Assembly: GCF_048593235.1 (NCBI RefSeq)
Contig: NC_133622.1
Span: 205,499,198-205,563,197, forward strand
Length of the DNA stretch: 64,000 bases
Reading direction: 5' to 3'
DNA from: Sminthopsis crassicaudata
Lineage: Eukaryota
How positions within the stretch are numbered: the stretch's first letter is position 1; every line of letters starts with the position of its first letter. Both the position numbers and the translations under genes were made by a program. Of this stretch, positions 51,986-64,000 are shown piece after piece. Below the pieces are notes generated by a model that was given only the letters and a program-made list of their open reading frames with translations, did no database searches and was not told the DNA's origin.

Positions 51986-53752
51986 CACTATTGATATTTC
52001 TGGGTAGTCACAAGTATTTATCTATTACTAAGAAAGATACTCTTCTCCCTGCCCTACCCACTTCCCTTTTAGTAAGATCGTCACAAGAAAAAAGTATAAA
52101 AGGAGCAAAAACAACAATAAAAAACCAACCCAATACAAATAATCAGACACTGACACCTGTCTTTGACAGTGACCCTTTGAAAAGGCCAGAAAGATAAGGT
52201 CCTTCCTAAACATTGCCTGCAATGTTTTTAAAATGCATCTGTCTTTGCAGTAATGTGAGCACAGCCAAAACCTGAAAGCTAAGTGAGCTTCTGTAATGTA
52301 AACAGGATGTGATGAATGAGGACATACTCAGGGAAACATATTCTATGCTACTCGTAGCCCTATAAGAGGTAATTTGAAAATAAGCCATCAAGGAGTAAGA
52401 CCATAACAAACACTAAAATGAAGCCAGGAGAAGAGAAGTGAGAGGAGAAATATTCCCGCCGGTGAGGACTGCTAGCCCTCAGCTTCCTCTGGGTAACAAT
52501 AAGGCAGGATGTCAATGGGACTGAGCCCACATAAGTCATTTTCCAGGCATTTACAAACCCAAATCTGGAAAGCCATCAAATATCAACAGAGTGAGACTTC
52601 TTTGCCACAAGTATAAGATAGAAGGCAAAGAGAGCTCTAAAGTCATCTGATCCTGCTAGCACCAATCCCCAAGCACTTACTGGGCAGCTCCCAGGGCGCT
52701 GGCTCAGGGGCCTGGGGCCACAAGAATAGAAGTGAAACAGTCCCAGCCTCCAAGGCCTAATACTGTGACAGGCCTGCATGTAAGTACTGGCCAACCCACT
52801 CCCAAACACAAGCCCAAAGCACCTGGGGCTGATTCTATTTCCCAATAATAACAAGGTCAATGCAACTCAGTGCTGCTGACTCCCTGCCCATTCTGCCCAT
52901 CCCTGTGAGATTTCCTAAGCCCTACTCTACAATTAGCTGTCCTCTGACCACCTCCTTTAAGGCCGGATCCAAGGACCTTGTTGGATCTGCATAGACGCTC
53001 TTGCTGTGGAGGTGCTTCTGAGGAAAGGTAACAAGTGCTTCACAAACCTTAAAATGCCACATGACACCAGATACTGTTGTGGTGCAACAAGGAGGGCTGA
53101 GTCTGGGTCAGCAGCGAGCCTATTCCCTCCAAGTTCTGAGTCTGCCTCCCATCCTCCCCAGCAGTCCCCGCCTCTTCCCCGGCTCCTCCTGGTCCCGGGC
53201 TTTGGGCCCAGGCAGAACAAGGGGGCTCTTGGTCCATGGACACCCTTTTGGTAAGGGGAGAGCCTTATGCCTTCAGACACTACCCCTGGTTCCTTCCCCA
53301 GCCCCGGCTGCCCTTCTGACCGCCCTCCTTCACACACGTGCCAGCTTATCAAAGGCCTTCCCCAAACATGGCACCCAGAACTGAACATCCTGTGCAGATG
53401 TGCCCTTGCAGGATGAAGAACATCTGGACCCTGACTGAGGCCTTTTCTATGGAGACTGCACAGCCCAGGAGGCTTTGCCAAATGATCACAAGTCCTAATT
53501 TTTAGTTCAGAATATCCAGGCAATATAGGTGCCACTTCCTTCAAAGCAGGAACTGTTAGATTTTATCTCTTTTACCCACAGCACCCAACAGTGCCCGGCA
53601 AACAGGAGGTACTTAATTGACGCCTGAGTAATGAACAGACGTGTGTCAGATAAAACACCGTGTGCAGGAGGAATGGCCATAGTTGAAAAAAGGCCTTTTC
53701 CAGTTTTTCACAGACTTATCCCCTTCCCAAGGTGCCCAGGGCAGGAAAATAC

Positions 53753-53937
53753 CTTCCCATCCAAATGCTGGCCTGACAGGAAGACACAGATGACAAGCTT
53801 TCAGCAGTTGCTTCAGAAGTAGTGGGGCCTTGTGCTAGGACTCCTGCTGCTTGGCTTGTGATATCTTTATAAAGTTGGATAAACTGATATAAATTCATGA
53901 TTCTTGAAGCTTCTACAATTCCACTGCTCTTGTTAAT
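53753..53937 (-). CDS. RNF141: RNF141 coding exon ([32 protein letters not shown]...IWMGR)
   Basis: tttctag| and AG|gtattt; 185 bp. Confidence 0.96.
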
Positions 53938-54029
53938 CTAGAAACATAAAGACCAAGTAAATAGTCAGTCTTGGGTGTGAGTGACCCTCCCCCTCTCCAA
54001 TGGAAGTTTCTTCTTTCATTCATTAGAGC

Positions 54030-54225
54030 AAGGAATCCTAACCTGGGGTCTGTGACCTTTTTTAAAAAAATAAAAATAAAAAACTCAGTTTTAATATAAT
54101 TGGTTTCCTTTGTGATCCTATGTATTTTAGTTTATCCATTTAAAAACATCATTCGAAGAAGGGCTTTATAGGCTTCTCCAAACTGCCAAAACGGTCCATG
54201 ACACAATAGACATTAAGAATCTTAG
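54030..54225 (+). mobile_element. Non-autonomous DNA-transposon-like element (related copies near 14165-14310 and 22745-22935)
   Basis: Ends caaggaatcctaacctggggtc ... attaagaatctt resemble degenerate TIRs; body ggtttcctttgtgatcctatgtattt...gaaggg...taggctt recurs. Confidence 0.45.
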
Positions 54226-54686
54226 CTTTAATATAAAAGTGGTGAATTCTCATACATTCTACCTGATTTGGGGATACAAAAAAGGGCCTCCGAAATCTCC
54301 AAAATCCACAGAATGACTCAAATGAAGCCCCAGACTAGACTCAATAACCAGTTTTCTTTACTACTCCTATATCTTTAAGAACCAACTTTTGGCTATTTGC
54401 AGGAAGGTGTACTAATAAGGGATTCAAGGTCAAAAGAAAATGGCTGGCTGTATTTAAAAATAAAGATCTAGTTTAAGAGCATATGCTTTATTTGGCTTTT
54501 AGTATTTGCTAAGGAAAAGCATATGCTAAAAAAGTAGTGGACTCAAACCTACATAAATTTCATGCTGATAATATTCTGAGATCACAAAATGCCTTTTTTT
54601 TCTCACCTTAGTAGGAATAAAATCAAACAAAGGGAATTTTGGGTAGCAGAAACAGAGACAATCAAAGGCGATTGCTTAAAATGAAA

Positions 54687-55190
54687 GTTATTGTTTGTCC
54701 TTTATTTTCAAAGATGATCAGTGAAATGATGGGTGACTTTCAAGTGAATGAATTGGGTTTAAGTGAGGCAGAGTCACACATAGTCATCAGCCTCCTTCTC
54801 TTTTCCAGTCATCAGGTCTAGCGGCAAGACAAAAGTTAAGATTATGGGTGATGTCCGAGGATGCAGGGGATGGCCTTCATTCTCTGTATCTGACCAAGCA
54901 TTAAGTATTCTACAGCACTTGCTTCAGCTGCCTTCATGGGGCATTGGAACAAACTGTTCTCATCTGTTCATTCTGTAGAAGCCTTCACTTGCTTGGGGTA
55001 GACACTCTCCTAACTCACAGATGAGTTTGCAGCCTGTTGTGTTACCTGGCTTAATCACACCTCCCGAGATGGTTTTAGCAGGATGTAGCCACTGTACATG
55101 CTATAGCTTCTTGGAGCCACAGGTGAGTGGAGTGCCAAATGGACACCAAAAATGGATGAGCAGCTGAAAAGAGCTTGGTAAGCCCCTGAG
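54687..55190 (-). mobile_element. RTE-derived marsupial SINE (WALLSI/RTESINE-like)
   Basis: Recognisable motifs on -: ctcacctgtggctccaagaagc, ctaccccaagca, catgaaggcagctgaagca, cctcacttaaa, ggacaaacaa tail. Confidence 0.65.
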
Positions 55191-56642
55191 TACCTCATAG
55201 AATACCCCAGAACAAGAGTTTTTATGAAATGAATAACAGACAACTTTTTTCTCACCTTAGAAATTAGAATTATAGTATCTTTAAAATTCACCTCTATATG
55301 TTTGCAAAAAGACTCTCAACAAGTTTTGAATGCACAGTGAAAGTTCTCTGGGGAAGGAGACCTATATGCTAGCCTTAAGTGTGTTTTTAGAATGGTGTCT
55401 TCTCTATCTTATTTCTTTCCAAAAATACCCACATTGGCCAGAAAGGGCCAGTTATTCTGGGCATTACACATAAATCATGAATCTTTATGAATTTATAACC
55501 TCAATATCTGAATCCATTAAAGAGACCAAAAATTGGAAATAAATAGTTGGTATAAAATGTTAGGGTGTAGGAGACAATAGTATGGTCTGGGATAAGCTTG
55601 TAAGCTATTTTATTTAAGTCCTATTAGGATATTTGTTACCAGGGTTTGTAACAACTTCATCATTCAAGAAGTCATAATGGTATCTAGCCTGATAAACAAT
55701 GCTAAGTAATATTATTTTCTGTGAGTCAGTATGTATTTCCTCAAAATGCTGGACTTTCCTCATCAGCTAATCCAATTTTCCATGTGGACAAATCCAACTG
55801 AAAGGCATTAAACTGTGCTTTGCACATTCCCTAATGTAATTGTAAGCAGTGATCTTGAAGTGGACCCAATGCTGCAAAGGTCAGCTGCTCCCCAACAGAC
55901 ATAATGGCGACATTACTATCAAGATGATAAACTTCTGAAAGTTGCAATAAAGATTTTACTCTCTTCCGTTAGAAATGAATAGGACCAGACAATACTCAGC
56001 TATGAGCATCTGACCATGTTAGGAATCATCCTTTCTTGGTCTTGGAACTTTGAGGTCTCCTTTTTATTAAAGTTTATTATTACTGAGGCTGAAATAGGGA
56101 ACTGGATAAAGCTTTTTAATTCTCATTATTGTGCAAATCAACTTTTTAGCATTTAAAATTTTACAGGGAACCAACACATTAAGAAAATCCGGCATACTAC
56201 TTAAATGTTCACTAGAAGTCATCTTCTGAGTGAAAACCTCCCTGAGGGAGGATAATAAGACTGCCTAGATTTTTCTGCAAATGGTCGAGATTAAAGACTT
56301 CTTTTTGACAGAGGTGTCTCCATAAGGCAACAATACAATGATAAGAACTAAACAGGGAGAGGTGGATAATAATTCAAATTTAGTTTTAGTAAAAGTTTTG
56401 GAGTCAGTTTGTCACCTATTACAGTGATTAAAAAAGGAGAAGGTAGTCAAACCTAAATGGAAGAACAATAAGCTCCTTAATGGCATTAGAGTAAGTTTTG
56501 CTGTTATGAAAAATACCCAAATGCTAAATTGGAATGGCCTTATTGGTAGTTCAAACTGTACTGTGTAAACCTGCTTTCAATTTCATGTGTTTAACCCTCC
56601 TAATTCTAAGGCACAGGTGATGGGAATGGCAGTTACTCTCAC

Positions 56643-56751
56643 CTTGGTACACACCACGCGTACAAGCACCTTCCAAAAGGCAGAGGAATCTGATCCTGGC
56701 TGTACCTCAAAGAGAAGGTGCTTTTCTTGGCCAGCAGCCACTTTTGCAGTT
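56643..56751 (-). CDS. RNF141: RNF141 coding exon ([36 protein letters not shown])
   Basis: tttcag| and |gtgaga; 109 bp; frame continuous. Confidence 0.96.
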
Positions 56752-56849
56752 CTGAAAAAGGCAGAATTTTTCTATGAAAATGCAAAAAGGAATAATTTTT
56801 TGTAAATTCTTTTTAGTTTTACCTAACTCTGCTTTTTAAAATCTAGCAG

Positions 56850-57345
56850 CCCATTAATAAGCATTTCTTGAGTGTTTGCTATGTCAAGACACTGTGCCAA
56901 GTGCTGAGAAGATAAATCAAGGCACACATGCCCTCAGAGGGCATGAAAACAACAAGGTACAGAGTGGTTGTAATACAGAATAACTAGAAAGGAAGAAATA
57001 CTGCTGGAAGGACCTGCTGTAAACTTTTGTAGGTCCTTGACTTGCGAAGATAGGTTTTGAGCTGAATGGAAAATGCCAAGGAAACCTCAAAGTAGGAGTA
57101 AGGGGGCAGAGCAATACAGCGGGCAGAGTGAGGGGGCAGTTATTGCAAAGGCACGAGAAGGGGAGATGAGATGAATTGTTCTAAGCCTGCAAGGAGACAA
57201 GTGCAGCTGGATCATAGAGTATGCAGAGGAGATGTGTGAAGACAAGAAAGGCAGAAAGGGAGGACATAATCTTAGATCACGAGGAAATAGGGAGCCACTG
57301 GAACTCACTGAGCAGTAGAGATGACATGCTCAGACCTATACTTTA
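56850..57345 (-). mobile_element. L2 remnant
   Basis: aagcatt...actgtgccaagtgctg...tttgagctg...agggagccactgga...gacatgctcagacctatacttta. Confidence 0.6.
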
Positions 57346-57498
57346 AAAATCACCAACTGCTATTCTAGCTCAAGGAATTCAAATATTACTTTTAACAACA
57401 ACAAACTATAATCCTTCACATTCTCAAGTTGTGTAGACTGTTTTCAGTTGAGAAAATGTACTTCCTGCCTCCAGCTCCTACCAGTGTTTCTGACAAAG

Positions 57499-57502
<4 letters not shown>

Positions 57503-57544
<42 letters not shown>
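57503..57544. repeat. A42 homopolymer
   Basis: Direct reading. Confidence 0.95.
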
Positions 57545-57547
<3 letters not shown>

Positions 57548-60254
57548 CTGACTTCATCATATCCTTATTTGAACAGCAGAGCAGGAGCCAGGACACGCCT
57601 TAGTTGTGTTTTTTTTTTTTTCCAGTTCACTTGTATTCTAAGTAGAGGTTACAGTCAGCAAAACAAACTAATTTGGAGCAGTTTTCTATAAATATGTCCA
57701 TCTCTGCTGGGTATGTTACTTTAACCTGAAAATAAGGGATGAGAAGGGGACTGGACCTGTGATTCACTGGCGTATGGAATTCTCAGAGATGGAAACTACT
57801 AATATAGGCCAGTAGCTTATGACCTTAAAAACCTTTCTGGAGCACTGAGGTTATGTGATTTGCACAGGGTCACACAGCCAGTATGGGTCCAAGATGGGAC
57901 TTGAACCTAAATCTTCCTGGCTTCGAAGCCAATCCTCCATCCATTGTACTAAGGGTGCTCTTTGGTGAAAGTATAAGACTTTGATGATGCAGCTGAACAT
58001 GTCTGTGTCACCAACTGAAACAATAGGTTTTGACCTAAAAAGCTCTGGACTTCCAAATAACAATACCCTGAAAGGGCCTCCATGATTCCATCAACCCTCC
58101 ATCATGACTAAGTAGCAAGCTCAAGGCACTCGGTCTAAGGTACCTTGCAGCTTTGGGAAATGAGGCCATCAAAAGTAAGGAGCCAGCCCCAGGTAACACA
58201 GTCTGTCAGTGGAAAAGAAGGCAGGCCCGTCATCCGGCTAGAGTTGCTTCAATTGGTTTAACCTTACACTCAGTCCTCAGACAACCCTGGACTGGTAAAC
58301 ACCTGAGTCCCAAGGAAATGGGCTTTGTGTGACCAGCCCTCCTCCGCTTCAGAAAACCACATCACTTCTCGGTGGATGTACCCACATAATAAGCAGTAAA
58401 TTCAGCTGCTGAACATTTTCAGAATTTTATCTTTGTGCCCCTGGGCAAGGCTTTCTATACCGTGGAAGGTTTTACATATATCCATTCTAAGGTTCTAAAA
58501 GACTGCATCTATAACTGATTACTTTCAGCAAGCAGATGCACACTTTGGGGGACCTTTTTTCTTTTGTGGGGGTCAGAGAGCCTTTTCTTTAAGCACAATA
58601 GATAAGATGACATTCCACTCTGTGGAAAATTCCCAAACTATGTGAAGTTCTCTAATTACTACTACTTTGGATAGAATAAAAATTCATCATCTTAAAGGCC
58701 TTAAGGACTTAAAAGAAGTAATCTCTTTAAGAGTTTGATTTCTAAAGTACTTTTTATTTATGCCTGAAAAGTGTGCCTACAAAATTATAGTATCTGCAAA
58801 GGAATTTATTCTCTGGCAACTCAACTATACAGAAAAGCAAGAAGGGGGAAAGGGAGGCAAAGAAAGTGGAGGAGGGGAATTCTAAGCAATCCAAAGTAAT
58901 GTTAATCACAACTTTACTTGTGGGCCCCTTGATCACCTTTATACTTATTTTAGGTACAATTCAAAGAAACTAAAATTTAAGAAACCAGCTGTTTTTTTCT
59001 GTATCATAGTGGATGAGACAGACCAAATTTAAAAGTAGGATTCTAATAAAGGCATGCACAAGGAATAATTACAGCAATCTGTATCAGCTGATAGCATGAC
59101 CGTAAAGAGAAGACAGGAATATGGTAAAATTCAGTTTAGGGTCCTCTTGGATATAGGAAAATAGTCCTAAAAACTTTGATAGCTCCTGAGGTCATTGCAT
59201 ATGATATTCAAAATTATTTTATTATTACAGCTAATATAATTTAACATAATTTTCAGCATACTCTCTTTTTAAAAACATAGAAATATATTATTTATTTTAG
59301 GAAGATTTTCCATTTGAAAATTTCGGTTAGTTAGAAAAAATTTATATGGAATTGATGATGTCAGGTGTTATATTTTATTGATATTTCTTAAAGCATATTT
59401 ACCAAGTAACAAGGCAGCAGACAACTGTATAAGTATGGGGAACCTGTAGAACCAAGTGAGTTTGGTTAATGCCCAGAGGCTTCATTCTGGATTTCCAATT
59501 CAGTGCACTAACTGGTTGCTAACCCTTTGGCACATGCATTCAGTATTAAGTTTATTTTTCATTTTTAAAATTAGACTGACAATTTAATTGGAAGAGGGAA
59601 ACTGTTAAATTAGAAACTCTCAACCGATACAAATGAATTTATGCTTACATTAATGTGCAATTATCGATATATTATCATATAAAATCTTCAAGGTGATTCA
59701 TATACACATGGTGTATCTCAATTTCTTCAAGTTCCCTGTGATTTGAGGCAGCATTTCCAAGGCTATCTAATGAACTAAGTTCCTAGGATCTAGAGCCAGA
59801 AGAGACACTGGAGTTAGTTTCCCAGCAGAAGAAGCCAAGACTCTGAAGGTGAAGTACTTCTCTGGATCCCAGTGACCTTAACCCAGTGCAGGAGGTGCAT
59901 TGGATATGGAGGTCAAGGAAGTCTAGTGTTCCGCTGATGGCCTGTATAATTTGGGACAAGTCATAAGCCCGCTAGTTCCCAGGTCCAGGCTTAGAACTCC
60001 TTCTAGCTCTAAATTACTATCAAAGCCATTTTCCCTACATGCCACAGTTCTCATGCCTCACTGTATTTTCCTTACAGAGAAATATTTTGCATATTACATC
60101 ACATGTATTAATTGGACATTAAAAATATGTTGCAATTAAGCAATACTTTCGGTCTTCAGAAAAGAGCATCTTAGATCATCTATCATATGGCATAGCTATT
60201 ACACGTGAGCATATAAGAGGAAAACAAAATGGAAAAAAAAAATTGGAGTCTTAC

Positions 60255-60397
60255 ACATCATTCAGTTCAGCCACTCTCCCCAGAAATTCCTCATAGGTAA
60301 GAGAACCACTTTCTCGAAACAGAGAGATGTGTTTGGTTACTTTTTCAGGCAACTTGTTTATAACCATTTGCGTCTGATCAGAAATTTGCTGTCCCAT
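60255..60397 (-). CDS. RNF141: RNF141 first coding exon ([20 protein letters not shown]...AELNDV)
   Basis: ATG in strong context (caccATGG); GT|gtaaga donor; 143 bp; MGxxxS N-myristoylation-type start. Confidence 0.95.
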
Positions 60398-60453
60398 GGT
60401 GAACGCAATTCAAAATCCAGTTAAGAGTGGTGTTTCATTCACATGTGGCGTTT
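60398..60453 (-). other. RNF141: 5' UTR part of RNF141 exon 2
   Basis: Acceptor tacttcacag| on the - strand, 56 nt upstream of the ATG. Confidence 0.6.
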
Positions 60454-60489
60454 CTGTGAAGTACACATATATAAAAGTTACCTTTTTGT

Positions 60490-61150
60490 AATCAATCAAT
60501 CAAGAAGCATTTATTAAGCCCCTGATGTGTGCCAGGCATTTCAACAAAAATGAAAGTCCATATTTTCAAAGAACTTCCATACACACACATACAAACAACC
60601 ACCCATCTATACATACACATACACAAGGTAGTTAAGGGGGAGAGAGGAAAATAAGATTTGGGGGACAAGGAAAAGTGTTGGTGATTGAGCCCAATCTAGA
60701 AGGAAGTAAGGGATTCTATAAGATGGAGGTTAAGAGCCATCAAAGAATACCAATGCAAAGATAGGAGATGGAGTAGCAAGTGTGAGAAACTGCTAGAAGA
60801 CCAGTTTATCTAGTTTAAAGACAGCAAGAAAGGAAGTAATGTGCAATGAGGCAGAAAATATAGGGTGGAACTTGTTTTTATGGACTTTAAAAGTCAAACA
60901 GAGGTGTTTATATTTGAACCTAAAGGTGAAAAGGAGTTTTTCAAGCTTGGACTTATGCTTAAAGAAATACCGTGGCTGCTGGGTAAAGGAAGAACCAGAG
61001 TGGAGAAAGACTTGAGGATGGGACAATAAGTAGGAAGCCACTGCAGTAATCCAGGGGAGAGCTCCTAAGGACTTCACTAAAGTAGTGATTTACGAGAAGT
61101 GAGAAAGAGATTTGAGAAATGTGGTAAAGACAGAAATAACAAGATTTGAC
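60490..61150 (-). mobile_element. L2 remnant
   Basis: caatcaatcaagaagcatttattaag...aagtcaaacagagg...gcagtaatccagg. Confidence 0.6.
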
Positions 61151-61157
61151 AAGTCAG

Positions 61158-61440
61158 TGTTGGGGGTACGGCAAATGTTAGGGTACGGTGCCAGGGCATG
61201 AGTTGCAGGGTTGTCTCTGAAAGAGACTGCAGGCTCAAACCATCTCCAAATCAAGCAAGGGCATTGAATGAAGAGAGGGCTTAATTGAATGATTTCAGGG
61301 AAGATTTTGCATATATATAGACAATCTCAGCAAATTAAGGTATGCATGGAAAAAGGTAATGGACCCTTTTGTTCTAATGAGAAAAAATGACAGGATTACT
61401 GAGGCTGGAGCTGCAGCTAAGATTGTATCAATGGGACATA
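61158..61440 (-). mobile_element. Probable LTR inserted in an L2 remnant
   Basis: Ends ...ccccaaca on the - strand; shares aggctcaaaccatctccaaatcaag with the 5223 element; L2-like sequence on both sides; far boundary approximate. Confidence 0.5.
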
Positions 61441-62195
61441 TGGACATTTAGATTTGAATGGATTATTGATCTGTGGGTCTGGATATTTAAGAAAGAATTA
61501 CGTCAAAGGTAATGCAGAGATGTGAAATTGAGAGATTGGAAGAATGGTGGCATTCTTGGAAGAAACTGGCAAGTTTGGAACAAGGATGAGTTTTTTGAGG
61601 AAAGAGAATGATTTTGTTTACTACTTGTAGAATTTGGATTACCTATAAGAAATTCAGGGTTTTTTAAAACCTCTATAACAAGGTTACAAGAACAATTCTT
61701 CCTATAAAACAAAAACAAAGTAGAAATGTTTTTATTTGCAGCATTCAGTAGTTCTTCAAAATTAGAATAACATATATACAAAAAGGAAATGGATTTGATT
61801 TAAATCCACCATATTTTAAAAACCAATTATTTATTTTTGTTATTTTCAGGCTATAGCTTCACCAGAAAGCTGAAAAATGGTACTTGCCAAATCTAAGTGA
61901 AGCAGACACTGTGAAATCAATGAGAGATGAACTCTCTCTAATTCAACAGTTTAATCAGTTACATTTTTGGGGCATACTATACTTAGAGGCCCACATATAG
62001 TATCAATGAAATCAACAGGCTTTCTTTAAAATGAATTGAATCCTAGGTATTTTACTTTAAACATTTTTGCTTATTTTATTTACATATGTAAAACTGGCTT
62101 TTAACAAATAATAGATAGCACACTCCACATGTATATAGTTTAGTACTAGTTTATAAAGTACTCAGGCATTATTTGATACTTAAAATCCAGGAGGG

Positions 62196-62196
<1 letters not shown>

Positions 62197-62225
<29 letters not shown>
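62197..62225. repeat. T29 homopolymer
   Basis: Direct reading. Confidence 0.95.
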
Positions 62226-62229
<4 letters not shown>

Positions 62230-63329
62230 AAACAGATAAGGAAACTGAGGCCATAAGAGGTTAAGTTTCTTGGAAAGGATGTGGCTGGACCCCAGTTCTC
62301 ACTCTTAATGCTTCTTTTAGAATTCCTATACCTCTTTCTACTTTCACAAAAACAAAGAAAATCAAACTTTTCCAGCTTTTTCAGTGGTCTAAAGATTTCT
62401 TTAGATATCTTCTCTAAGATTTTGCTAAATCTATAGGAGTGACTGCTTAAGTTATTTACAATGGATTATCACTTCAATAGCGAGGATGAATCCAAGAATA
62501 CAAGGAACAGACCAGACAACCGACTGATTAAAAGCTCATTATTAAATGTATATTTAAAAATATACAATCTTAACATTACAATGGTTTATCAGTGACATCA
62601 CTATCAGTTACTCATATTCTAAACAACTCCAGGCTAGGGTATCAAATATTGAGAATACTGGTAAGAGAGTGACCTGAGGCCCACAGGCCACCAGAGACCA
62701 CACCAATAAGCTGTCTAAAACTGTGTTCCGTCCCCATACAACTAGAAATTATGTTCTCTATTCCAAGATGAGATAGTTGAACTTTAGAATTTTAATACTG
62801 GAAACTAATTCTTCCTTTCTTTAAAAAAAAAAATCAGATGTATTTGAACAATTAAAAAAAAAGGTCTGATTATTTTAATCTTTTTTTTTTTTTTAAATGG
62901 TTTGTCCCTCTATTCTGTAGTAGAACTGCCAACTTCTCTCAATAAAAAAGGCCCAATTCATTCCTGCAAATGGATACATCACAATCAATTTTGGACGGTA
63001 TTACAAAGTTCTTAAGTTCTGCCAAGTTACTTTAAATGTATTAAATGAAGTATTATTTTCATATATGAAAATGAGATCTGATTAACCAGGGACATTCAGG
63101 AAGCCTCTATGGTTAATACTGAGGATAAGAAAAATTTCTAAATGTCTTTGTCCTGATGCTTAGATAAGACTGGTCTGCACCAAATGATAGGCCTAAATAT
63201 CCTACTCCTAAAGACAAAAGAACGGAAGTTGTTGAGAAAGTCCCAGCATGCTTAAAAAAACCCAGCTCTGGAAAGTGGCCAAAAGTATCAAAGTGTATGA
63301 TACTTAGGAGGTATTTTGATCAACTGAAC

Positions 63330-64000
63330 AAATGGAATGAAGTACAAGAGGAAAGACAATGTAACCTAATGGAATGCACACTAGGTTTGGGATAACTGAA
63401 TCACTAATTGAACTGCACCCCAAAGCTACATAATGACTGATACTAATATAGGGGGAATCAATAGTATGGTACTTCTCAGTCTTGTCCTTTTCAATATTTT
63501 TATCAAAGACTAAGATGGGAGCACAAAAGCATACTACTAGGATAGTTAGCTATCATGCTGGATGACAGAATCAAAATTCTATGTGATGCTAGGAGGAAAA
63601 ATGTTAACATAATGAAATGTAATGGATAAATGAAAAATCTTCTGTTTATGGATATTAACAAATAAAGGGAAAGGGCAATCTGTTGTAATTTATGACTAAG
63701 AGAAATAGAGATTTCATTTGACCAAAAGAATGCAATGTGACCGAATAATGCTATCAGACTGTATTAACAGAAATATATCATCCAGAGTCAGATTAAGGGA
63801 AACAACATCCCCAATGGGCTATAAATGGAAATTTTTTTCCTAGAACTGCATGTTCAATTTTAGGTGTCATATCTTATAAATTGGAGCCAACCTGGAGGAG
63901 AGCAATGGATTTTGACTTAGGCCATGTAGGCAATAACAGAAGAAAGAACTGGAGAGAGTCTGAAAAAGAGAGGATTTAGTGCTGAAAGGCCTCAGTATGG
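63330..64000 (+). mobile_element. CR1/L3 RT-region remnant
   Basis: ttcaatatttttatcaa, gctggatgacagaatcaa, aaatgtaatggataaatg and gagagagtctgaaaaaga motifs; no intact ORF. Confidence 0.55.

Noticed and set aside
52957-53544. 195-aa ORF in an RNF141 intron (sense strand)
   Set aside because: G/P/R-rich composition typical of GC-rich non-coding DNA; no domain or supporting exon boundaries.
58130-58430. RUNX, FOX, E-box and GATA-like motif cluster in an RNF141 intron
   Set aside because: Short motifs expected by chance; no independent support.

Overview
Vertebrate genomic DNA, most likely a marsupial (possibly dasyurid). This is inferred from the repeat content: MAR1/WSINE-like and RTE-derived SINEs, MIR/L2/CR1 remnants, marsupial-type L1 3' ends and LTRs. 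Two convergent genes are present. On the + strand are 13 coding exons of AMPD3 (AMP deaminase 3; exons 3-15 in recalled human numbering, 12063-42593). They splice into one frame of 694 complete codons plus stop; the start-containing exon is not visible and probably lies upstream. On the - strand is the complete CDS of RNF141 (RING-HC E3 ligase; 5 coding exons, 60397-49414, 231 aa), whose non-coding first exon is not identified in the window. The rest is introns and UTRs, with LTRs, truncated L1s with target-site duplications, microsatellites and two N gaps. I found no convincing new biological system. The best leads are all inferences that need transcript or conservation data: a cryptic exon in AMPD3 intron 4 (poison exon or internal first exon in frame with exon 5), a GC-AG AMPD3 intron, a candidate RNF141 poison exon, tandem RNF141 uORFs and a possible AMPD3 stop-readthrough extension.
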